IMG/VR virus record: IMGVR_UViG_2698536677_000012
DNA: 9,266 bases
From: a virus
Lineage: Duplodnaviria > Heunggongvirae > Uroviricota > Caudoviricetes
Reading direction: 5' to 3' (one strand)
In this document: one piece after another, positions 1-7,507 of the stretch
Position numbering within the stretch: the first letter of the stretch is position 1
Layout: each line of letters begins with the position of its first letter
The notes under the pieces: generated by a model
The model's input: only the letters and a program-made list of their open reading frames with translations
Database searches by the model: none
What the model was told of the DNA's origin: nothing
Made by a program: the position numbers and the translations under genes

Positions 1-219
1 CAGATAAATATGGCTGCCATTTGTTATCACGTATTGGCGCTTATTGTTCGTTGATGCTGATTTTCTCGTCGCTTTTTTTTTGAGTAAGTTATATTAATTA
101 TAACAAATAATTTTCTGTGTTATTTTTTCAGGCTATCCCGTCAGAGGGGAAGCCTGTACTGCCGGGGAGCGAATGGAAAACTGATGTGTCCGGTAACTGC
201 GTGTTCTGTGAACACCATG

Positions 220-405
220 TTACTTAATTATGTAATTCATACCCGAACTCTCTGTTGACAGCCTTCTTCTGCAGGCTTCAATAACCCACGCTGAAAAGTT
301 TCCTGAACCTTTCAGATCAAGAGCGATGTTAATTTGTTCAATCATCTGGTTTGGAAATCGGATGTTGCGGGTTGTTGTTCTGCGGGTTCTGTTCTTTGAT
401 GACAT
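220..405 (-). CDS. Small (61 aa) putative ribbon-helix-helix (Arc/MetJ-like) DNA-binding protein; resembles the small DUF3950/YlcI-like proteins found next to the terminase genes of enterobacterial lambdoid prophages
   Basis: Complete ORF with ATG at 405..403 and TAA at 222..220. The basic N-terminus (KNRTRRTTTR) is followed by RNIRFPNQMIEQINIALDLKGSGNFSAWVIEACRRRL, which fits a beta-strand, helix, Gly turn, helix pattern as in Arc/CopG. It is on the opposite strand to the late genes, in an AT-rich region. The family assignment is from pattern and memory, not a search. Confidence 0.5.
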   Translation of the reverse strand: MSSKNRTRRTTTRNIRFPNQMIEQINIALDLKGSGNFSAWVIEACRRRLSTESSGMNYIIK

Positions 406-581
406 AATGTTTCCCCATATTCAGTGTTGCTGATTTGTATTATCTGAAGTTGCTTTTACGTTAATTTGACGCAGATCAATTAATACGATACCTGCGTCAT
501 AATTGATTATTTCTCGTGGTTTGATGGCGTACACACATGTTGTGATAAACCTTATATAGATGATAATCATTATCATTTCGT

Positions 582-588
582 GGGTCCT
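582..588 (+). other. cosQ: Candidate cosQ (packaging termination element) about 24-30 bp upstream of cosN
   Basis: The sequence gggtcct sits within tgggtcctttccggcgatccgaccggttacg, which closely matches the last ~30 bp of the lambda right end as I recall it. Exact cosQ boundaries are taken from memory of lambda. Confidence 0.4.
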
Positions 589-611
589 TTCCGGCGATCC
601 GACCGGTTACG

Positions 612-623
612 GGGCGGCGACCT
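612..623 (+). other. cosN: cosN: 12-nt cohesive-end sequence GGGCGGCGACCT (terminase nicking site)
   Basis: Exact match to the lambda 12-nt cohesive end gggcggcgacct. The flanks ggttacg | gggcggcgacct | cgcgg also match the lambda right-end/left-end junction. It lies ~180 bp upstream of Nu1, as in lambda. Confidence 0.85.
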
Positions 624-663
624 CGCGGTTTTTCACTATTTATGAAAATTTTTCAGGGAAAAT

Positions 664-775
664 CGTGTCGGTACTTCTCGAATATAACTTTTTGTTTTTC
701 TTTAATATTGCATCCGTAAAGGTCCGACATGAAAGTGTCCGAAAATGCCTTTTTCTGGCGTTTTCATGTCGGGCC
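664..775 (+). other. cosB: Candidate cosB: three Nu1-binding R-like elements (R3-like 664..680, inverted R2-like 721..734, R1-like 757..772) flanking an A/T-tract region (681..720) that could hold an IHF site
   Basis: cgtgtcggtacttctcg (664..680) and ggcgttttcatgtcg (757..772) resemble lambda R sites (cgtttccNttct). ggtccgacatgaaa (721..734) is the near-perfect inverted complement of tttcatgtcgggcc (762..775), mirroring the inverted R2/R1 pair of lambda. Site assignment is by analogy only. Confidence 0.4.
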
Positions 776-800
776 TTGTATTTGATAATGGGTTGTTTTC

Positions 801-1349
801 ATGAAGGTTAATAAAAAGAGGCTTGCCGAAATTTTCAACGTGGACCCGCGGACGATTGAACGCTGGCAGTCTCAGGGACTCCCTTGCGCCTCCAAAGGTA
901 GTAAGGGCATTGAATCTGTATTTGATACTGCCATGGCAATTCAGTGGTATGCGCAGAGGGAAACTGATATCGAAAACGAAAAGCTCCGCAAAGAACTGGA
1001 CGATTTGCGTGCGGCAGCGGAGTCAGATTTACAACCCGGCACCATTGACTATGAACGCTACCGGCTCACAAAAGCGCAGGCAGATGCGCAGGAACTGAAA
1101 AATGCCCGTGAAGACGGAGTAGTGCTGGAAACTGAACTGTTTACCTTCATTCTACAACGTGTGGCACAGGAGATTTCGGGGATACTTGTGCGTGTGCCGT
1201 TGACATTACAGCGTAAATATCCGGACATTTCACCATCACACCTTGATGTGGTGAAAACTGAAATCGCGAAAGCCTCCAATGTTTCAGCTAAGGCCGGTGA
1301 AAACGTGGGCGGGTGGATCGATGATTTCAGACGCGCAGAAGGCAGCTAA
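801..1349 (+). CDS. nu1: Terminase small subunit (lambda gpNu1 homolog), 182 aa
   Basis: The N-terminus [28 protein letters not shown] parallels lambda MEVNKKQLADIFGASIRTIQNWQEQGMP (winged-HTH cosB-binding domain). [28 protein letters not shown] is nearly identical to the lambda equivalent. Length matches lambda (181 aa) and the 3' end overlaps the A start. Confidence 0.95.
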   Translation: MKVNKKRLAEIFNVDPRTIERWQSQGLPCASKGSKGIESVFDTAMAIQWYAQRETDIENEKLRKELDDLRAAAESDLQPGTIDYERYRLTKAQADAQELKNAREDGVVLETELFTFILQRVAQEISGILVRVPLTLQRKYPDISPSHLDVVKTEIAKASNVSAKAGENVGGWIDDFRRAEGS

Positions 1350-3249
1350 TGCAGCCGGTGCGATAGCTACAGGGCTTTTATCTCTCATTATTCCTGTTCC
1401 ACTGACGACAGTTCAGTGGGCCAATAAACATTATTACCTTCCTAAAGAGTCGTCTTATACCCCGGGGCGGTGGGAAACACTGCCGTTTCAGGTTGGCATC
1501 ATGAACTGTATGGGCAACGATCTGATTCGCACGGTTAACCTGATTAAATCTGCCCGTGTTGGTTATACAAAGATGTTGCTGGGAGTGGAGGCTTATTTTA
1601 TTGAGCATAAATCACGCAACAGCCTTCTTTTTCAGCCCACGGACTCAGCTGCTGAAGATTTTATGAAATCTCATGTTGAGCCAACGATAAGGGATGTTCC
1701 TGCATTGCTGGAGCTGGCTCCATGGTTCGGAAGAAAACACCGCGATAATACGCTCACCCTGAAGCGTTTTTCCTCCGGTGTGGGGTTCTGGTGTCTGGGT
1801 GGTGCGGCAGCAAAAAACTACCGTGAAAAATCCGTGGATGTGGTCTGTTATGACGAGCTTTCCTCGTTCGAACCGGATGTTGAAAAAGAGGGTTCGCCAA
1901 CCCTGCTGGGGGATAAACGTATTGAGGGCTCTGTATGGCCAAAATCCATTCGCGGCTCGACGCCTAAAATCAAAGGCTCCTGCCAGATCGAAAAAGCCGC
2001 TAACGAGTCGGCACACTTCATGCGTTTTTATGTGCCCTGTCCGCACTGTGGGGAGGAGCAGTATCTGAAATTTGGCGATGATGCCTCGCCTTTCGGTCTT
2101 AAGTGGGAGAAGAATAAGCCAGAAAGTGTTTTCTACCTTTGTGAGCATCATGGCTGTGTGATCCATCAGTCTGAGCTTGACCAGAGTAACGGGCGGTGGA
2201 TCTGTGAAAACACGGGCATGTGGACCCGTGACGGCCTGATGTTTTTCAGCGCCCGGGGTGATGAAATTCCGCCGCCGCGCTCCATCACTTTCCATATCTG
2301 GACGGCGTACAGTCCGTTCACCACCTGGGTACAGATTGTCTATGACTGGCTGGATGCACTGAAAGATCCCAACGGCCTGAAAACCTTTGTGAACACCACG
2401 CTGGGCGAGACCTGGGAAGAGGCTGTGGGCGAAAAACTCGATCACCAGGTACTGATGGATAAGGTTGTGCGTTACACGGCGGCGGTGCCTGCCCGGGTGG
2501 TTTATCTGACGGCGGGCATTGACTCGCAGCGAAACCGTTTTGAGATGTATGTCTGGGGATGGGCTCCGGGAGAGGAAGCCTTTCTGGTGGATAAAATCAT
2601 CATTATGGGGCGTCCCGATGAGGAAGAGACGCTGTTACGTGTGGATGCGGCGATCAACAAAAAATACCGCCATGCAGACGGAACCGAAATGACTATTTCC
2701 CGTGTCTGCTGGGACATCGGGGGGATCGATGGCGAAATCGTTTATCAGAGGTCAAAAAAACACGGTGTTTTCCGGGTGCTGCCGGTAAAAGGCGCATCTG
2801 TCTATGGCAAGCCGGTGATCACCATGCCAAAAACCCGCAATCAGCGGGGCGTGTATCTGTGTGAAGTGGGGACGGACACCGCAAAAGAAATTCTCTATGC
2901 CCGTATGAAAGCCGATCCCACGCCTGTGGATGAAGCCACGTCGTATGCCATCCGTTTTCCTGATGATCCGGAGATTTTTTCGCAGACAGAGGCGCAGCAA
3001 CTGGTCGCGGAAGAGCTTGTGGAGAAGTGGGAAAAAGGAAAGATGCGTCTGCTGTGGGATAACAAAAAGCGGCGTAACGAAGCGCTGGACTGCCTGGTGT
3101 ATGCCTACGCGGCATTACGTGTGTCCGTGCAACGCTGGCAGCTTGATCTGGCTGTACTGGCAAAATCCCGGGAAGAAGAGACGACCCGGCCAACCCTTAA
3201 AGAACTGGCAGCGAAGCTGTCCGGAGGAGTGAATGGTTACAGTCGCTGA
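1321..3249 (+). CDS. A: Terminase large subunit (lambda gpA homolog), ~642 aa
   Basis: Collinear with lambda gpA along its whole length (e.g. [83 protein letters not shown]). With the start at 1321 (MISDAQ vs lambda MNISNSQ) the Walker-A lysine of KSARVGYTK falls at codon 76, as in lambda. The track ORF begins at 1279, but 1321 gives the lambda-like 29-nt overlap with Nu1. Confidence 0.93.
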   Translation: MISDAQKAANAAGAIATGLLSLIIPVPLTTVQWANKHYYLPKESSYTPGRWETLPFQVGIMNCMGNDLIRTVNLIKSARVGYTKMLLGVEAYFIEHKSRNSLLFQPTDSAAEDFMKSHVEPTIRDVPALLELAPWFGRKHRDNTLTLKRFSSGVGFWCLGGAAAKNYREKSVDVVCYDELSSFEPDVEKEGSPTLLGDKRIEGSVWPKSIRGSTPKIKGSCQIEKAANESAHFMRFYVPCPHCGEEQYLKFGDDASPFGLKWEKNKPESVFYLCEHHGCVIHQSELDQSNGRWICENTGMWTRDGLMFFSARGDEIPPPRSITFHIWTAYSPFTTWVQIVYDWLDALKDPNGLKTFVNTTLGETWEEAVGEKLDHQVLMDKVVRYTAAVPARVVYLTAGIDSQRNRFEMYVWGWAPGEEAFLVDKIIIMGRPDEEETLLRVDAAINKKYRHADGTEMTISRVCWDIGGIDGEIVYQRSKKHGVFRVLPVKGASVYGKPVITMPKTRNQRGVYLCEVGTDTAKEILYARMKADPTPVDEATSYAIRFPDDPEIFSQTEAQQLVAEELVEKWEKGKMRLLWDNKKRRNEALDCLVYAYAALRVSVQRWQLDLAVLAKSREEETTRPTLKELAAKLSGGVNGYSR

Positions 3250-3439
3250 ACTGCAGGTGCTGCGTCAGGCGCGCCTTGATTTATTAACCGGTAAACGGGT
3301 GGTGTCTGTCCAGAAAGATGGTCGCAGAATTGAATATACGGCAGCTTCTCTGGATGAGCTTAACCGGGCGATCAATGATGCGGAGTCGGTACTGGGGACA
3401 ACCCGCCGTCGCCGTCGTCCGCTGGGAGTGAGGTTATGA
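3233..3439 (+). CDS. W: Head completion / head-tail joining protein (lambda gpW homolog), 68 aa
   Basis: Same length as lambda gpW (68 aa). LTGKRVVSVQKDGRRIEYTAAS matches lambda [22 protein letters not shown]. SD ggagga at 3223..3228. The start overlaps the A stop and the stop overlaps the B start (ATGA). Confidence 0.9.
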   Translation: MVTVAELQVLRQARLDLLTGKRVVSVQKDGRRIEYTAASLDELNRAINDAESVLGTTRRRRRPLGVRL

Positions 3440-5028
3440 AACGAACGCCTGTCCTGATTGATGTGAACGGCGTTCCGCTTCGGGAGAGCCTCAGCTACAA
3501 CGGTGGCGGTGCAGGATTTGGCGGGCAAATGGCAGAGTGGTTGCCACCCTCGCAGAGTGCCGATGCGGCCCTGCTGCCTGCGTTGCGTCTGGGGAATGCC
3601 CGGGCAGATGATCTGGTGCGCAATAACGGAATAGCGGCCAATGCGGTGGCCCTGCATAAGGATCACATTGTCGGGCATATGTTTCTGATTAGCTACCGTC
3701 CGAACTGGCGCTGGCTGGGGATGCGGGAGACCGCGGCAAAAAGTTTTGTCGATGAGGTGGAGGCGGCCTGGTCAGAATACGCAGAAGGGATGTTTGGTGA
3801 GATCGACGTGGAAGGGAAACGCACGTTTACGGAATTTATCCGTGAAGGTGTGGGCGTTCATGCGTTTAACGGCGAAATCTTTGTGCAGCCGGTCTGGGAT
3901 ACGGAGAGTACGCAACTGTTTCGTACGCGTTTTAAAGCCGTGAGTCCGAAACGGGTGGACACGCCAGGACACGGTATCGGGAACCGTTTTCTGCGGGCCG
4001 GTGTGGAGGTCGATCGATATGGCCGTGCCGTTGCGTACCATATCTGTGAGGATGATTTTCCTCGCTCCGGGAATGGACGATGGGAACGGATCCCGCGTGA
4101 ACTACCCACCGGGCGTCCGGCCATGCTGCATATTTTCGAGCCGGTGGAGGACGGGCAGACCCGTGGAGCCAATCAGTTTTACAGCGTTATGGAACGGCTG
4201 AAGATGCTGGATTCCCTGCAGGCAACACAGCTTCAGTCGGCCATAGTGAAGGCGATGTATGCAGCGACGATTGAAAGTGACCTTGATACCGAAAAGGCCT
4301 TTGAATATATCGCCGGTGCGCCGCAGGGGCAGAAGGATAATCCGCTTATTAATATTCTGGATAAGTTCTCCACCTGGTATGACACGAATAGCGTGACGCT
4401 GGGCGGTGTCAAAATTCCGCACCTTTTCCCCGGTGATGATCTGAAACTTCAGACCGCGCAGGATTCAGACAATGGATTTTCTGCGCTTGAACAGGCGCTG
4501 CTGCGGTATATCGCCGCCGGTCTTGGCGTTTCCTACGAACAGTTGTCCCGTGATTACTCGAAGGTCAGTTACTCAAGTGCCCGCGCCTCCGCCAATGAGT
4601 CGTGGCGCTATTTTATGGGGCGGCGAAAATTTATTGCGGCCCGGCTGGCCACGCAGATGTTTTCCTGCTGGCTGGAAGAGGCACTTCTTCGGGGGATTAT
4701 TCGTCCGCCACGGGCACGTTTTGATTTTTATCAGGCGCGATCAGCCTGGTCACGGGCAGAGTGGATTGGTGCCGGAAGAATGGCCATTGACGGGCTCAAG
4801 GAAGTCCAGGAATCAGTGATGCGCATTGAGGCCGGACTGAGCACGTATGAGAAAGAGCTGGCGCTGATGGGCGAGGATTATCAGGACATTTTCCGCCAGC
4901 AGGTCAGGGAATCTGCTGAGCGGCAAAAAGCCGGACTCTCACGTCCGGTGTGGATAGCGCAGGCGTATCAGCAGCAGATAGCGGAGAGTCGCAGGCCGGA
5001 AGAGGAGACAACACCACGTGAGACGTAA
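3436..5028 (+). CDS. B: Portal protein (lambda gpB homolog), 530 aa
   Basis: 530 aa against lambda gpB 533 aa, in the same position after W. The start overlaps the W stop and the stop overlaps the GTG start of the downstream C-like reading frame. Confidence 0.93.
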   Translation: MKRTPVLIDVNGVPLRESLSYNGGGAGFGGQMAEWLPPSQSADAALLPALRLGNARADDLVRNNGIAANAVALHKDHIVGHMFLISYRPNWRWLGMRETAAKSFVDEVEAAWSEYAEGMFGEIDVEGKRTFTEFIREGVGVHAFNGEIFVQPVWDTESTQLFRTRFKAVSPKRVDTPGHGIGNRFLRAGVEVDRYGRAVAYHICEDDFPRSGNGRWERIPRELPTGRPAMLHIFEPVEDGQTRGANQFYSVMERLKMLDSLQATQLQSAIVKAMYAATIESDLDTEKAFEYIAGAPQGQKDNPLINILDKFSTWYDTNSVTLGGVKIPHLFPGDDLKLQTAQDSDNGFSALEQALLRYIAAGLGVSYEQLSRDYSKVSYSSARASANESWRYFMGRRKFIAARLATQMFSCWLEEALLRGIIRPPRARFDFYQARSAWSRAEWIGAGRMAIDGLKEVQESVMRIEAGLSTYEKELALMGEDYQDIFRQQVRESAERQKAGLSRPVWIAQAYQQQIAESRRPEEETTPRET

Positions 5029-5493
5029 TCTTTCACACATTATTGCAGCAGTATTCAATGAACCGCTGCTTCTGGAGCCCGCCTATGCGCGGGTTTTCTT
5101 TTGCGCGCTGGGGCGCGAGATGGGGGCAGCAAGTCTTTCGGTACCGCAACAGCAGGTACAGCTTGATGCTCCCGGGATGCTGGCTGAAACGGACGAGTAC
5201 ATGGCCGGAGGTAAACGACCGGCCCGTGTTTACCGGGTGGTGAACGGTATTGCTGTACTGCCGGTGACCGGCACGCTGGTGCACCGGCTGGGTGGTATGC
5301 GGCCATTTTCCGGAATGACAGGCTATGACGGTATTGTCGCCTGTCTTCAGCTGGCAATGGCGGATAGCCAGGTGCGGGGCGTACTGCTGGACATTGACAG
5401 TCCGGGCGGGCAGGCCGCCGGCGCGTTTGACTGCGCTGACATGATTTACCGCCTCCGTCAGCAGAAGCCGGTCTGGGCACTGTGCAATGACAC
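4456..5493. repeat. Tandem direct repeat, copy 1 (3' 573 bp of portal B plus 5' ~476 bp of protease C)
   Basis: 4456..5493 is repeated at 5495..6532, a period of 1039 bp. The B-derived part looks identical between copies. The C-derived part differs at 8 positions (copy-1 coordinates 5047, 5052, 5110, 5125, 5146, 5162, 5176, 5194). Confidence 0.9.
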
Positions 5494-6067
5494 NGCGCAG
5501 GATTCAGACAATGGATTTTCTGCGCTTGAACAGGCGCTGCTGCGGTATATCGCCGCCGGTCTTGGCGTTTCCTACGAACAGTTGTCCCGTGATTACTCGA
5601 AGGTCAGTTACTCAAGTGCCCGCGCCTCCGCCAATGAGTCGTGGCGCTATTTTATGGGGCGGCGAAAATTTATTGCGGCCCGGCTGGCCACGCAGATGTT
5701 TTCCTGCTGGCTGGAAGAGGCACTTCTTCGGGGGATTATTCGTCCGCCACGGGCACGTTTTGATTTTTATCAGGCGCGATCAGCCTGGTCACGGGCAGAG
5801 TGGATTGGTGCCGGAAGAATGGCCATTGACGGGCTCAAGGAAGTCCAGGAATCAGTGATGCGCATTGAGGCCGGACTGAGCACGTATGAGAAAGAGCTGG
5901 CGCTGATGGGCGAGGATTATCAGGACATTTTCCGCCAGCAGGTCAGGGAATCTGCTGAGCGGCAAAAAGCCGGACTCTCACGTCCGGTGTGGATAGCGCA
6001 GGCGTATCAGCAGCAGATAGCGGAGAGTCGCAGGCCGGAAGAGGAGACAACACCACGTGAGACGTAA
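5018..6067 (+). CDS. Chimeric ORF created by the tandem repeat: first 158 codons of protease C fused in frame, through codon acN (Thr), to the last 190 codons of portal B. Probable assembly artefact, otherwise a truncated fusion gene
   Basis: The track ORF of 349 aa starts with MRRNLSHIIAAVFNEPLLLEPAYARVFFCAL (lambda gpC N-terminus) and ends with the portal C-terminus, identical to 4456..5028. GTG start at 5018 overlapping the B stop. The N at 5494 falls in a codon whose meaning does not depend on N. Confidence 0.35.
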   Translation: MRRNLSHIIAAVFNEPLLLEPAYARVFFCALGREMGAASLSVPQQQVQLDAPGMLAETDEYMAGGKRPARVYRVVNGIAVLPVTGTLVHRLGGMRPFSGMTGYDGIVACLQLAMADSQVRGVLLDIDSPGGQAAGAFDCADMIYRLRQQKPVWALCNDXAQDSDNGFSALEQALLRYIAAGLGVSYEQLSRDYSKVSYSSARASANESWRYFMGRRKFIAARLATQMFSCWLEEALLRGIIRPPRARFDFYQARSAWSRAEWIGAGRMAIDGLKEVQESVMRIEAGLSTYEKELALMGEDYQDIFRQQVRESAERQKAGLSRPVWIAQAYQQQIAESRRPEEETTPRET

Positions 6068-6532
6068 TCTTTCACACATTATTGCCGCAGCATTCAATGA
6101 ACCGCTGCTTCTGGAGCCCGCCTATGCGCGGGTTTTCTTTTGCGCGCTCGGGCGCGAGATGGGAGCAGCAAGTCTTTCGGTACCACAACAGCAGGTACAG
6201 TTTGATGCTCCCGGAATGCTGGCTGAAACGGATGAGTACATGGCCGGAGGTAAACGACCGGCCCGTGTTTACCGGGTGGTGAACGGTATTGCTGTACTGC
6301 CGGTGACCGGCACGCTGGTGCACCGGCTGGGTGGTATGCGGCCATTTTCCGGAATGACAGGCTATGACGGTATTGTCGCCTGTCTTCAGCTGGCAATGGC
6401 GGATAGCCAGGTGCGGGGCGTACTGCTGGACATTGACAGTCCGGGCGGGCAGGCCGCCGGCGCGTTTGACTGCGCTGACATGATTTACCGCCTCCGTCAG
6501 CAGAAGCCGGTCTGGGCACTGTGCAATGACAC
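5495..6532. repeat. Tandem direct repeat, copy 2
   Basis: Second copy of the 1039-bp unit. The junction between copies is the single ambiguous base N at 5494, inside the microhomology acNgc (B has acCgc, C has acGgc). Confidence 0.9.
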
Positions 6533-7471
6533 GGCCTGTTCTGCAGCCATGCTGCTGGCGTCGGCCTGCTCCCGACGGCTGGTTACCCAGACATCCCGTA
6601 TCGGCTCCATTGGCGTGATGATGAGCCATGTCAGCTATGCCGGTCATCTGGCGCAGGCCGGTGTGGATATCACGCTGATTTATGCCGGGGCGCACAAGGT
6701 GGATGGCAATCAGTTTGAAGCGTTGCCGGCAGAGGTTCGCCAGGATATGCAGCAGCGGATTGATGCGGCGCACCGGATGTTTGCCGAAAAAGTGGCGATG
6801 TATACCGGGTTGTCTGTGGATGCGGTCACGGGAACAGAGGCCGCCGTTTTTGAAGGTCAGTCCGGCATTGAGGCCGGGCTGGCGGATGAATTAATCAATG
6901 CGTCGGATGCCATCAGTGTGATGGCCACGGCGCTGAACAGTAATGTCAGAGGAGGCACTATGCCGCAATTAACTGCAACGGAAGCNNNNNNNNNNNNNTT
7001 GAACAGGCCCGGGCGATTCTGGCCGCGGCGGCACCGCAGCAGCCGGTGGCATCCGCGCAGAGTGAAGCCGATCGCATTATGGCGTGTGAAGAAGCGAACG
7101 GTCGTGAACAACTGGCGGCAACGCTGGCGGCGATGCCGGAGATGACGGTGGAAAAAGCCCGCCCGATCCTGGCGGCTGCACCACTGGCGGATGCCGGGCC
7201 CTCACTTCGTGATCAGATCATGGCCCTGGATGAGGCAAAAGGGGCAGAAGCGCAGGCTGAAAAACTGGCGGCCTGCCCGGGAATGACCGTGGAGAACGCC
7301 CGGGCTGTGCTGGCTGCGGGATCAGGTAAGGCCGAACCGGTCTCTGCATCCACAACCGCCCTGTTTGAACATTTCATGGCGAATCATTCACCGGCAGCGG
7401 TGCGGGGTGGCGTGTCACAGACGTCAGCAGACGGTGATGCGGACGTGAAAATGCTCATGGCCATGCCATGA
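6057..7471 (+). CDS. C: Prohead protease / minor capsid protein C (lambda gpC homolog, ClpP/SppA-like serine protease), interrupted by a 13-N gap at 6986..6998
   Basis: GTG start at 6057, SD gaggag at 6041..6046, overlapping the duplicated B-fragment stop. NEPLLLEPAYARVFFCAL, VNGIAVLPVTGTLV, PFSGMTGYDGI, LLDIDSPGGQAAGAFDCADMI, KPVWAL.ND, RRLVTQT, GSIGVMMSH, HKVDGN and TEAAVFEGQ.AIEAGLADEL are collinear with lambda gpC. After the gap the frame shifts by +2 (track ORF 7046..7471), consistent with a gap of unknown length. Stop TGA at 7469..7471. Confidence 0.85.
6960..7471 (+). CDS. nu3: Scaffolding protein Nu3 homolog, translated from an internal in-frame start within C (nested gene); contains the N gap
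   Basis: ATG at 6960 is in frame with C and preceded by a strong SD agaggagg (6947..6954). GGTMPQLTATE parallels lambda SGGRMTKETQ at the Nu3 start. The C-terminal part (RIMACEEANGRE, PGMTVE.AR.ILAAAP) matches lambda Nu3 motifs. Confidence 0.6.
6986..6998. other. Assembly gap (13 N) inside C/Nu3
   Basis: Run of 13 n characters. The reading frame of C differs on the two sides, so the true gap length is not 13. Confidence 0.95.
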
Positions 7472-7507
7472 AGTCAGTGCTGACCATCAATATGAGGTTT
7501 TAACAAA

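Noticed and set aside
1-219. Possible gene, tRNA or terminator in the AT-rich left edge
   Set aside because: There is no ORF of 60 aa or more, only short open stretches reaching the edge, no convincing cloverleaf, and the T9 run at 73..81 lacks a clear upstream stem. The data are not enough to call anything.
560-811. 83-aa + strand ORF (MIIIIISWVL...) between the RHH gene and Nu1
   Set aside because: It spans cosQ, cosN and cosB, is AT-rich and low-complexity, has no RBS, and runs into the Nu1 start. It would be cut in two in virion DNA, so it is almost certainly non-coding.
823-1098. 91-aa + strand ORF in an alternative frame inside Nu1
   Set aside because: It is fully embedded in the well-supported Nu1 frame and its translation has no recognisable features, so it is a chance ORF.
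1279-1320. Upstream ATG (1279) for terminase large subunit A given by the ORF track
   Set aside because: The start at 1321 (MISDAQ) aligns with the lambda gpA N-terminus (MNISNSQ), puts the Walker-A lysine at codon 76 as in lambda, and gives a lambda-like short overlap with Nu1. 1279 would add 14 residues with no counterpart.
1645-2445. 266-aa minus-strand ORF inside A, with similar antisense ORFs at 1378..1608, 2502..2717, 2752..3000, 2819..3193, 3265..3678, 3772..4041, 3858..4172, 4102..4422, 5033..5284, 5055..5480, 6072..6773, 6094..6519, 6857..7111, 7487..7858, 7524..7853, 7937..8404, 8227..8442, 8588..9181 and 8868..9173
   Set aside because: All lie antisense to strongly supported, lambda-homologous structural genes in GC-rich DNA. 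Their products are Arg/Pro/His-rich and low-complexity, typical of spurious antisense frames, and the ones in the repeat are duplicated with it.
4456-6532. Possibility that the direct repeats are a CRISPR array or a mobile element (IS, MITE)
   Set aside because: There are only two copies, the unit is 1039 bp, both copies are protein-coding phage sequence, and there are no spacers, terminal inverted repeats or transposase. It is a segmental tandem duplication or assembly artefact.
7046-7471. 141-aa ORF with a GTG start called as a separate gene
   Set aside because: It is the post-gap continuation of C/Nu3. The reading frame is open all the way back to the N-run at 6998, so 7046 is not a real start.
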